Positions 53,905 to 63,700 of a DNA stretch of 64,000 nt are shown piece by piece. The stretch is from Planctomycetota bacterium (GTDB taxonomy: Bacteria; Planctomycetota; UBA8108; UBA1146): the NCBI GenBank assembly GCA_002711105.1, contig PAIH01000044.1:33658-97657 (forward strand), given 5' to 3'. The notes under the pieces were generated by a model. That model made no database searches, was not told the DNA's origin, and saw only the letters and a list, made by a program, of their open reading frames with translations. Position 1 is the first letter of the stretch. Every line of letters begins with the position of its first letter. Position numbers and translations under genes: made by a program.

Positions 53905-55188
53905 ATGTCAAACGATAACAACCAGAAGCTCTTTCAAGAGGCTTGCCAGATCATTCCAGGCGGAGTGAATAGTCCTGTACGCGCTTTTGGTTCTGTCGGA
54001 GGAACTCCCCGCTTTATCTCAAGGGCTGAAGGCTGTCGGATTTTCGATACGGAGGGACAGGAATACATCGACTTTGTCGGTTCCTGGGGCCCGATGATCC
54101 TCGGTCATGCACACCCTCCGATCCTCGATGCCATCGCGAGGACACTGAAGAATGGAACCTCTTTCGGAGCCCCAACGGCGGCAGAAACAGAACTCGCTTC
54201 TCTGATCATTGAAATGGTTCCTTCTGCACAGATGGTGCGGCTCGTTTCCAGTGGAACCGAGGCAACGATGTCAGCTCTCAGGTTGGCACGCGGCATCACC
54301 GGGAGAGATCTCTGTATCAAGTTCGAGGGTTGCTATCACGGACATGGAGATTCATTCCTGGTCGCCGCAGGATCAGGGGCGGCTACTCACGGTCATCCGT
54401 CGAGCCCAGGGGTTCCCGCCAGTACCGCCGATTTGACCGCGGTCATCCCCTACAACGATGTGGAAGCGGTGCGAACCCTGATGGCCGCCAACGGCGATCA
54501 GGTGGCGGCCATCATCGTCGAACCGATCGCCGGCAACATGGGCTGCGTTTTGCCAGTACCAGGTTTCCTGGAACAGCTGCGGGAACTCTGCACTCAACAC
54601 GGATCATTACTGATCTTCGATGAAGTGATGACCGGTTTCCGGGTCCACGCGGGGGGAGCTCAAAGCTTACTGGGGATCGATCCTGATCTGACCACTCTGG
54701 GTAAAATCGTCGGAGGAGGCATGCCGATGGGTGTCATCTGTGGATCGAGGGAAGTCATGGAGAACTTCTCCCCCACAGGCTCCGTGTACCAGGCCGGTAC
54801 CTTGAGTGGAAATCCCCTCTCGGTGGCCGCGGGAATCGCCTTGCTGACAGAATTGCGGGACCGGGCAGACGAAATCTATCCGGCACTGGAAGCCAAGGGC
54901 CAGCAATTGCAAGAAGGGTGGCAACAAGCGCTCGATCGACACGGTATCGCCCACTGCTGGAATCGGGCTGGATCGATGTTCGGTCTCTTCTTCACAGAAG
55001 GCCCAGTCAACAACTTCAGCGACGCTTCTGGGGCCGACGAGCAGCTGTTCCGCCGCTTCTTCCACGGCATGTTGGCGGCGGGAGTTGCTATCGCCCCCTC
55101 CCCTTACGAAGCAGGATTTTTGTCGATGGCTCATTCTGCCCAGGACATCGATCACAGCACCACAGTCATCGAAAACCTTTCCCTCTAG
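53905..55188 (+). CDS. hemL: Glutamate-1-semialdehyde 2,1-aminomutase
   Basis: 'IIPGGVNSPVRAF' signature. I chose the ATG at 53905 ('MSNDNNQKLF'). Confidence 0.95.
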   Translation: MSNDNNQKLFQEACQIIPGGVNSPVRAFGSVGGTPRFISRAEGCRIFDTEGQEYIDFVGSWGPMILGHAHPPILDAIARTLKNGTSFGAPTAAETELASLIIEMVPSAQMVRLVSSGTEATMSALRLARGITGRDLCIKFEGCYHGHGDSFLVAAGSGAATHGHPSSPGVPASTADLTAVIPYNDVEAVRTLMAANGDQVAAIIVEPIAGNMGCVLPVPGFLEQLRELCTQHGSLLIFDEVMTGFRVHAGGAQSLLGIDPDLTTLGKIVGGGMPMGVICGSREVMENFSPTGSVYQAGTLSGNPLSVAAGIALLTELRDRADEIYPALEAKGQQLQEGWQQALDRHGIAHCWNRAGSMFGLFFTEGPVNNFSDASGADEQLFRRFFHGMLAAGVAIAPSPYEAGFLSMAHSAQDIDHSTTVIENLSL

Positions 55189-55195
55189 TGGAGAC

Positions 55196-55233
55196 AAAAA
55201 AGAGCCCCTCGACCTTATCGATCGAGGGGCTCT
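55196..55233 (-). terminator. 12-bp hairpin between convergent hemL and P5, with a U tract on the minus strand
   Basis: agagcccctcga (55201-55212) pairs with tcgaggggctct (55222-55233). The A-run 55196-55200 reads as U's for the minus-strand transcript. Confidence 0.8.
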
Positions 55234-55258
55234 TGAAGTTACAGAGTAACTTTAAACT

Positions 55259-56509
55259 CTAAATGTCGTCTGCATCTCCGTCACAACCTAGACCATCGCC
55301 ATTGGTTGGATCGAGATCGGCAACCGGGAACGGAGCCAGCGGCGCAGCCCCTTCGAGGAAGCGGTAGTTGAAGATGTAGATCATGTCGGACGAATCGATC
55401 GCCCCATCATCGTTGCTATCGCAAGCATCGTCGCATGTCGGATCGGGACCACCCTGGAACAGGAAGTTGAGCCCGAATACACCGTCCGCGATGTTGACGA
55501 TGGCGTCATTGTTGCAGTCACTACGCAGGAATACGTTGTAGTTCACCACACTCACTGATCCGTGGACCAGAGTCGGTTGAGCCTGAGTGGTCTGCCCGGT
55601 AACGACTTTGTTGTCCTGTGGAGGAGTTCCGATTCCATCAGTCCACGTAATGGCACTTGTGCCTTCAGCAGCCGAGTCCCAACCAAGTGAAACGAGATCA
55701 GTCTGAGCTCCCGCTGGAATCAGGTTATCCAGAGGAGGTGTTTGGTCCGCAATCATTCCCATGACGATTTCGCCAGCAAGAATACCACCTGTCTGAACCA
55801 GGAAGACCTCGGCGGCGAATATGGCGTCCACGCCTGTGTTCGTGATAATCGCAGAATCGTAGACAACGTTCATCTGAACGGCATCCACTGCCGGCATGGT
55901 GACGTTATTAAGACTCAGAGTACTAGCAGCACTACCACCAAGGATCGTACCCACGTCGTCTGCGATTAGCTGGTTCGGGTTGATCACATTGACACATCCG
56001 CCACTCATAGCAGGAACAACGCTGGCACCATCATACACGACAACTGCAGAAACGGGAGGCGCCCCGAGAGTGCTGCAGTATTCTGCGCAACTGGTAGTAG
56101 CACCAACTATGTCGTACGTCACATCAAGCATTCCGAAACCAACCGTACCTGCAGGAAGAACGACGATGCCGAAGAAGTCGAGGACGATTCCCTGGGTTGG
56201 GCCCCCGGCATAGATACTGATCGCCGAAAAACCGCCGGTACCCATTAACAAATCCGTATCAGCGTGATCTTGCGCATCAATGACCGTCAGATCTGCAGGA
56301 TCAGTGCAGGATCCGAAAGACCAGCCCTGAAGATCTCCGCCAGGGTTATCCAGCAGGCAAGTCAATACGACTGTATCGCCTGGTGATCCCGAGGCATCAG
56401 TCATCGAATAGCTAAAATCTGAACCACCACCAGCATTCGCCGTGACGGCAACCGCCAGGAAAACGGTCAAGACCACAAACCCTGTCATGAATTTACGAAG
56501 CATTTGCAT
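55259..56509 (-). CDS. Secreted protein P5 (~416 aa): two cohesin-like modules plus a dockerin-like C-terminal module
   Basis: The ATG at 56509 has GAAAGGA upstream. Signal peptide 'MQMLRKFMTGFVVLTVFLAVAVTANA'. 'SGSPGDTVVLTCLLDNPGGDLQGWSFG' and 'VQMNVVYDSAIIT' resemble cohesin strands. Confidence 0.75.
   Translation of the reverse strand: MQMLRKFMTGFVVLTVFLAVAVTANAGGGSDFSYSMTDASGSPGDTVVLTCLLDNPGGDLQGWSFGSCTDPADLTVIDAQDHADTDLLMGTGGFSAISIYAGGPTQGIVLDFFGIVVLPAGTVGFGMLDVTYDIVGATTSCAEYCSTLGAPPVSAVVVYDGASVVPAMSGGCVNVINPNQLIADDVGTILGGSAASTLSLNNVTMPAVDAVQMNVVYDSAIITNTGVDAIFAAEVFLVQTGGILAGEIVMGMIADQTPPLDNLIPAGAQTDLVSLGWDSAAEGTSAITWTDGIGTPPQDNKVVTGQTTQAQPTLVHGSVSVVNYNVFLRSDCNNDAIVNIADGVFGLNFLFQGGPDPTCDDACDSNDDGAIDSSDMIYIFNYRFLEGAAPLAPFPVADLDPTNGDGLGCDGDADDI
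55262..55534 (-). other. Dockerin-like C-terminal module of P5 (lacks the terminal C-x-x-Y-x-x-C-P)
   Basis: 'DCNNDAIVNIAD' and 'DSNDDGAIDSSD' loops. Ends in 'GLGCDGDADDI'. Confidence 0.65.
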
Positions 56510-57263
56510 CGTTCCTTTCGCTGTCGCTCCAGGGCATCGACCAGACACCCGTTGCACACCCCATGTTTTTTCTTAGACACACCTCAGTAATACCTTGATC
56601 TTTGATTTTCAGACACCAACGCCCAAAAACTACACGATCAAAAGCACTCTCTCGGACCCAATAACAGACCCGACATGTCTCCACAAAAATCAAATCTCAG
56701 ACGACAGATCACACCCGTCGTGCCCGAACTAAATGCAAGGACCACGATTGACCGGACAAAGATGAGAAAACGGTGTGCACGCAAAGAACAAAGAACAGTT
56801 CACAGCGCACACCATTCCACCTCCTCGGAGCTCGACACCACAGTTATCGCCAAAGCGAAGGGCGGAACTCCACGGTCAACGTCGCAGAAGAAAGCAAGAG
56901 GAAGGAAAAACCGGATCCCAGGAGGGGACCGATGGAAACCTACACAATTATCTTTGTCCTACAAGAGCCCAAGCTCCATCGAGTATATCGACTTATCGGT
57001 CCATGCCAAGTAGCGAGCCCTATGACTGACATGACTTAAATCTGGATCAAGACTCTGGATTCTATTCATGAGGACGACCACGACTCCGTAAACCCCGACC
57101 CATCCGGAAAGGAGTGAGGAGTGAGGAGCAAACCAGGCCTTGGCTCACGAGTAAGCCATGGCCGTTCTCGCAAATAGTGGATAATGCGGAAGTTGGGGCA
57201 AAGGAAACTGAGCCCCTCCATGTCCACTACCCACTTCGATGTAAACGTTGAAGACTCCCCATG

Positions 57264-60200
57264 TCAATCATTCTTACTGCATACAAACTCGAGCAGATCG
57301 CGTAATTCATCCCCACTGAGAATCCAGTGAATCTCCGGCATCGCAGAAATACCGTTGTCGGTCTCATAACCCTCCAGAATCACGGCAGAGGGGTCGACCA
57401 GGCTCTGTAACATCTCCTCGCGTGACCTGCTGTCGACAAGATTATCCAGGGGCGGACCGGCGACTCCGCCTCTTCCTTGACGTGAATGACACCTCTGACA
57501 CTGGCCCACGGGGTGGTCGACGAAGATTTCTCGTCCTCGATCTCGATTTCCACCGGCCAACGCCCAGCGATGATCGGCGAGCCGGTCTATCCCTTCCCCC
57601 TCCTGGATCCTGGCAGCGCGATTTTTGAGCTGCTCCGAATCGCTCATGCTTGCGGCGATCAGTACATCCAGATGCAACTCAGCCTCGAGATCATCCTTCT
57701 CGAGCGCATCGAGCCATGCTGTGAGAAGCGCTGTCGCCGAGGTCTCCCTCTCGGCTCCGATTGCCCGAATCGCCAACTGGCGAATCTCCATCTCGTTGGC
57801 ATCAGTGGTCAATTGTTCCAGTTTTTGCACCCGAACGCTCTGGTCCTCCTCGAATCGCTCCGCCTCGACACGAAGTTCCGCAATCCCTGCAGATCGAGAT
57901 CGATCTAGAGCAATTCCTGCACGTTCAGGATAATGCTCGACGATCTGGCGCAGAGCCTGGATTCTGAATGAGGTCTGTTGTGAAGCGTCGGCAAGGATTG
58001 TCTCGTTGACCGACAGGGGAAGATCAATGCCGTGAACGCTGGCAGCCTGTTGAGCAACGCCCGCCAGGTGATTTCCCTTTTGAATCAAATCCAGCAATGG
58101 GGCGGATATCTCGGATCGAATCGCCTCCGAACTTCTTGACGGTCCACCGTAGGGACGAATCGTACCCCTGACGAGGTCTCTCGGTCCTGGTTCTACCCAG
58201 TTGAGCACTGCCTCGATCGCCAGTCTCCCTGCCTTTCTCGGAATGTCATCGCGACCAGCAAGACTAACCAACGCAGCGGCATGCCTCGTATCTCCATGGC
58301 GCAAGGCCGCGTCAATCACTCTCCTCAGATAAGGAAGTCGATGATCTCTCATCGATTCCAATGCTCCTTTTGGAGCTCCGGCGTGAAACAAAACACGGTC
58401 CGCAAGAGCTGGCATCGCACCCAGCACATGGAGATCGTGAATGGCACGTGCCGCCTCAGTGGCGATCTGAGCATCCTCGTCCGCCAGAAATATCGAGATC
58501 ACCGGATGCACACCGGGAGACCTACGCCCAATGTCTCCACCTGGATGAGCAAAGAGAAAACCAGGGTGATGTTTCTTGCGTAACGCCAGCAAGACAGCGA
58601 GACGTACTTCTCGATTGTCAGACGTCGCATAATTCATCAGATCCCCAAGCCTCGCCGATCCGGCAAGACCCATCACCGCAGCATGGCGGAGCAAAGGATC
58701 GGTTGGGCCCTCATCACGGGCCATTTCCATCAACCGATCGGTGGCATCTCGAACTCCGATTCGACCGAGAGCGAGTGCGGCATGGAACTTGACCCTGGCT
58801 GCAGGATCATCGAGCAATCGCACTAACCGAGAACTCGACTGCCAGTGCCGAAGATCACCCAGTACCCGGGCTACCTGAGTTCGCACCTCCTCCTCATCGT
58901 CATCGCAAAGGCTTGCCAGCGAGAGAAGCTGCTGGAAACGGTCTTCGCCGCCACGAACCCATTGCCCCACCCCCCAGATGCCATGCAAACGTGCTTGTAA
59001 GCTGACCCCGTTTCGAGCGGCCTCGTTCAACACCGATAGCTCTTCTTCACCTCCAGCGGCAAGATGGAACTGTATTCGCTGCCGGACTCTCCGATCTGGA
59101 TGGCCCAAAAGACTGGCGAGTTGCTGTGCAGACAGCGACTTCAACTCGATGGTGAGCCAGTGACCGACCCGATGTTGCTGATTGGTTAGCTGGCTTTCCG
59201 GATGCCAGACCTCGATCAGACGTCCTCGATCTGTCGAAACCCAGCCTCCACCCCAGGCAGAGATCCACATCTTGCCATCGGGAGTGAAATCGACGTCGGT
59301 ACAGAGCACCTTGTTAACGAACACCTCCGGATCCGCCAATCGGAATCCTGCTCCTTGTTCCTCAAGGCGGAATCTCCAAACCGATGAACTGCCGGGGCTA
59401 CCACGAAAATCACAGAGGAAGAAACTATCGCGGAATTGTTCCGGTAGCCCGGTTCCCGGGTAATGAACAAAACCAGAAGGGCCACTGGTCAGGTGAGCAA
59501 TGGGAGCCAGAGACCAAACCGGCTGAACGGGGTGATCGAGTTGCCAGATCCCCTCCTGATTCCAGGGGCCTCGCTGGTTGGAACCTTCCAGCGTCTGGTA
59601 CTCCATCCTCCAACCGGTTTCTCCGCCCCACACGATCTGAACCAGGCGTGCTCTGTCGCCTGCATCCGAATTGTTGTCCCCGGTGAATAGATCTCCCTTG
59701 TTATCGAAAGCCAGTTCCTGCGGGTTGCGAAGTCCGACGTGGACCACCTCAAGATCACTCCCGTCCGGTTCACAACGAAACACAGCACCAGCACCAGGAT
59801 CAGCGAGTAAGCGTCCATCGGAAGTTACCAGATGATAACCACGATCTCCGATCGACCAGTAAATGCGACCATCGGGGCCCCGAACCACACCGTGCATATC
59901 GTGACCACGAAGGGCAATTCGAACGCCAAATCCTCTTTGAAACGAAACCTGTTGATCGGCGACACCGTCATCGTCCTTGTCGTGGGCCAACCACATATCC
60001 GGGATATTGGAAATCCACGCACGACCCTCCTCGATAAGAACTCCTGCCAGAGTGCCATCGAGTGGCTGATTGTAGGGTGGAGTGAACAAATTCCTCGCGT
60101 CCAGGATGCCATCTCCATCGCTATCGATGAGACGGGTCAGTCGATCATCATGAGCTGTGTAATAATTCATACCACCCTGTCGACGATCCTTGTGCTTCTC

Positions 60201-60578
60201 GTACATGGCCAGCCGGTCTTCAACCGTCTGCAGTGCAAGGTCATCCAACAACCAGTATGGACTCGATCTATTGTCCTCAACGCCATTCTCTTGACGCGCA
60301 GATTCACAGACATAGGCCCGGCCTCGTTCGTCGATCGCGAACGCCACCGGATCCCTCACCAGTGGCTCGGCTGCCACCAGTCTTTTCTGAAAACCATTCG
60401 GGATCTCTATCCGCTCCAGAGAATCGATGGCCTGCTGAGGCCATCGATCAACAGCATCGTCATTGGCAACCGTTTGGGATACCGGATCATTGACAGGGAA
60501 ACTGGAAAGAACTAGCGAGATGAAATACGTACAGAGCACGGCACCTCCAGAACTCGAAAACCACGAGGGATCTGACAC
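57264..60578 (-). CDS. PVC-type membrane-bound dehydrogenase-like beta-propeller, HEAT repeats and C-terminal cytochrome c domain protein (1104 aa)
   Basis: N-terminal 'GFQKRLVAAEPLVRDPVAFAIDERGRAYV' and C-terminal 'CQRCHSRQGRGGVAGPPL' (CXXCH). GTG start. Confidence 0.8.
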   Translation of the reverse strand: MSDPSWFSSSGGAVLCTYFISLVLSSFPVNDPVSQTVANDDAVDRWPQQAIDSLERIEIPNGFQKRLVAAEPLVRDPVAFAIDERGRAYVCESARQENGVEDNRSSPYWLLDDLALQTVEDRLAMYEKHKDRRQGGMNYYTAHDDRLTRLIDSDGDGILDARNLFTPPYNQPLDGTLAGVLIEEGRAWISNIPDMWLAHDKDDDGVADQQVSFQRGFGVRIALRGHDMHGVVRGPDGRIYWSIGDRGYHLVTSDGRLLADPGAGAVFRCEPDGSDLEVVHVGLRNPQELAFDNKGDLFTGDNNSDAGDRARLVQIVWGGETGWRMEYQTLEGSNQRGPWNQEGIWQLDHPVQPVWSLAPIAHLTSGPSGFVHYPGTGLPEQFRDSFFLCDFRGSPGSSSVWRFRLEEQGAGFRLADPEVFVNKVLCTDVDFTPDGKMWISAWGGGWVSTDRGRLIEVWHPESQLTNQQHRVGHWLTIELKSLSAQQLASLLGHPDRRVRQRIQFHLAAGGEEELSVLNEAARNGVSLQARLHGIWGVGQWVRGGEDRFQQLLSLASLCDDDEEEVRTQVARVLGDLRHWQSSSRLVRLLDDPAARVKFHAALALGRIGVRDATDRLMEMARDEGPTDPLLRHAAVMGLAGSARLGDLMNYATSDNREVRLAVLLALRKKHHPGFLFAHPGGDIGRRSPGVHPVISIFLADEDAQIATEAARAIHDLHVLGAMPALADRVLFHAGAPKGALESMRDHRLPYLRRVIDAALRHGDTRHAAALVSLAGRDDIPRKAGRLAIEAVLNWVEPGPRDLVRGTIRPYGGPSRSSEAIRSEISAPLLDLIQKGNHLAGVAQQAASVHGIDLPLSVNETILADASQQTSFRIQALRQIVEHYPERAGIALDRSRSAGIAELRVEAERFEEDQSVRVQKLEQLTTDANEMEIRQLAIRAIGAERETSATALLTAWLDALEKDDLEAELHLDVLIAASMSDSEQLKNRAARIQEGEGIDRLADHRWALAGGNRDRGREIFVDHPVGQCQRCHSRQGRGGVAGPPLDNLVDSRSREEMLQSLVDPSAVILEGYETDNGISAMPEIHWILSGDELRDLLEFVCSKND

Positions 60579-60645
60579 CCTTCATAGGAACTTGACCGGG
60601 GGGGGTCAAGGAGGTCGACCGTTTCATTGTTCTCGAAGGTCCGAC

Positions 60646-60681
60646 GAAAAAAGGCTCCGACAGCCAAAAGCCGTCGGAGCC
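60646..60681 (-). terminator. Rho-independent terminator downstream of P4
   Basis: ggctccgac (60653-60661) pairs with gtcggagcc (60673-60681). The A6 run 60647-60652 reads as U6 on the minus strand. Confidence 0.75.
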
Positions 60682-60712
60682 TTCAAATTCACCGTAAGTT
60701 ACCCGAGTAAAA

Positions 60713-63700
60713 TCAGGGGCAACTCTGATAACTATCGCAATCAAGACCATCTGGAGTCGGATCTACTCCACAGGAGCCCCAAGGGGCTGCAGGTGGTGGG
60801 CCGCTCAGGAACAGGGCGGTGAAGTGGTAGATCGCATCCGCAATCTGCACCTGGCCATCGTCGTTCTCGTCGAGAGCATCCATACACGTGGGTTCAGCTG
60901 CTCCTGAGAAGATGTATCCAAGTATGTAGATCGCATCCGAAATGTCGTAGACACCGTCGTCATTGGTATCGCCCCTGAGGAACGAAGCCTGACATTCTTC
61001 CACGGTGACGGTGAAGAACTCGGTCGTGGTGTTTCCTGCTTCGTCGATAGCAGTCACCTCGATATCGGTGGAACCGACGAGGAACGTCGAGCCAGAGGGT
61101 AACGATGTAGTGATCGAACCTCCTGGGCAGTTATCGATGAAGTCCGGCTCAAGCCAGGTCGCCACTGCTGTACATCCTCCGGGATCTGGTACCAGATTAA
61201 TCGGAGCAGGTAGATTCACGATTTGTGGGTCCTCGCCATCGAAGACAACAACAACTAACTCGTGAGTGGTTGCGTTCTCATTTACATCCACAGCGATATA
61301 GAGAACCGTACTCTCTCCAACCGGGAAGAAGCTACCCGGAGGTGTGTTGGCCTGGACGGTATCGATCTCGCAGTTATCTGTGATGACAGGGTCAGACCAG
61401 AAGGCATTGGCTCCACACTGTCCCGGGTAACTGGGAACCTCGATCAAATGCGGCAGTCCACTGATGACTGGACCGTCTTTATCGACCACATTGACGTTGA
61501 AACTGGCACTGGAAACATTGCCGTAGACGTCGGTCGCCGTGTAGGTAACCAGGGTATCCCCGGCTTCAAAGAAAGAACCGCTCGACATCGAGGCTGCCAA
61601 ACTGGCCAGGTCGCTACAATCAGTTGCGCTGGGCTCGTCCCAGGCGACCACCGCGCCACAAAGAGCGACGTCGTTGGTCAGCACCATGTCAGCTGGCATA
61701 TCCGAGATCAGTGGCGGCTCTATATCCAGAACAGTCACAGTAAAGAAGGATTCGGCAATGTTGTTCTGGATATCGATAGCTGTATACACAATGACGTGAA
61801 TACCTATCGGGATCTCACTCCCTGGCTCGATGGTTGTAGTTACGATTACTTCCGTGCAATCCGTTACCGTGGGTGGTGTCCAGCTCACAGGTATCGTGCA
61901 GCTCCCAAGCGGAGCCTCGACGGTGATGTCGCCAGGCATATCCGAGATCACCGGTGTATCTCCATCGAGCATGTTGATCAGGGTGATATAACTCGCTTCG
62001 TTTCCGGCATCATCGGTTGCAGTATGAATCACATCAGTGGCACCAATCGGGAAGACCGTGCCGGACTCATGACTGCTCGTTGACGTCGCACCACCACAAA
62101 GGTCCGCTGGTATCGGCGGATTCCAAGTCGCCACTCCATCGCACTGACCAGGAGTCGTGTAGAAGATCAACTCAGACGGCAGATTAACGAAGAAAGGCGC
62201 TTCGGCATCTTGGATGGTCACTTCGAAACTGGATTCGGAGATGTTCCCGGCAATATCTTCTGCAGTATAAGTCACCAGCTGGGTACCGATTGGGAACACA
62301 TTTCCACTTGAATAATTAGAGGTCAAGGTCACCTCGGAACAGTCCTCTACTTGTGGAGTTTCCCAGGTGGCAATCCCCGCACAGTTCCCCTCGATATTGT
62401 CGAAGAAAAGGTTTTCAGGAGTTCCCAGGATGACCGGAGCTCCCACATCGACCACCGTAACCGTAAAGCCGACTGTGGAGATGTTGCCACTACCATCGGT
62501 CGCGGTGTAAATCACCGTTGTCTCACCTATGGGGAATTCGGATCCGCTCGGAAGACTCGGAACCAAAGTCAAGATCCCGGAACAATCGTTCGCAGTAGGT
62601 TCGGCCCAGCTCGCCACTCCCACACATGTTCCCGGATTAGAATTGACCTGGATCGGCGGTGGAAGTTGGGAAATCAGAGGCGACTCTTGGTCAAGTACGG
62701 TGACCGTGAAACTGGCTGTTCCAACATTTCCACTCGGATCGGTCGCCGAGTATGTCACCACATTCTCACCTATGGTGAAGGAATCCCCACTGACTGAGCT
62801 ACTAGTGAGTTCGAAAGAAACGCAATCTGTTGCTGTGGGTTCCGACCATGAAGCCGTAGCTTCACAGGAACCTTCCGGTGCCACCACTTCGCTGTCCGCC
62901 GGCATATTGAACAGTACCGGAGCTTCCACATCCTGAACCGTAACGAGGAAACTGGCGGTATTCTGGTTTCCTTCGCTATCGGTAGCGGTGTAAGTCACTG
63001 TCGTTGTTCCAATGAAGAACTCGCTGCCACTGGGATGATCCACTATCAGCTCACTGAAAACACAGTCAGCAGAAGTAGCTTCAGACCAAATCACAGCGAC
63101 ACTGCAACTTCCAGCACCGTTATCAACGGTGATATCAGCTGGAACTCCGAGAATCTGTGGAATTTCTCCGTCTACCACAGTGATCAAGAAGTTAGCTGCT
63201 GACGAGTTACCGTACTCATCGGTGAATGTGTAGGTGGCTATGTGATTACCTATCGGAAGAAGTGATCCATTTTGGATGTCGCTGGAGGGAGTGACCAAAC
63301 TGCAGTCGGAAGTGCTTGGTTCGGTCCAGCTGACGCTGACTTCACAAGAATCAGTCGGTGTAGAAATCTGGATGTTCGATGGCATCTGCAGAATCGACGG
63401 TGGAGTCGTATCCATGACAGTAACCGTGAAACTTGCAAAAACTGGATTCTGAGCATCGTCAGTGGCCGTATAGGTCACCACGGTATCGCCAACCGGGAAC
63501 AGATCCCCGGGTTGATGGGTCGAAGAGACCACCAGTTCGGCTGTACAGATGTCGCTGAAGGTAGGAGCATCCCATGTTGCTGGAAGTTCACAATCTCCTG
63601 CTGGGTTCGCGATGACAATCGGCGATGCAGGTGCCGTAACCACGGTTGGATCTTCTTGGTCGATGACCGTGACCGTGAAGGTTCTTGAATCAACGTTCCC

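Noticed and set aside
56675-57039. Three overlapping plus-strand ORFs (84-112 aa) in the long spacer upstream of P5.
   Set aside because: Low-complexity basic translations. All three frames are open because of A/C-rich composition. There is no RBS.
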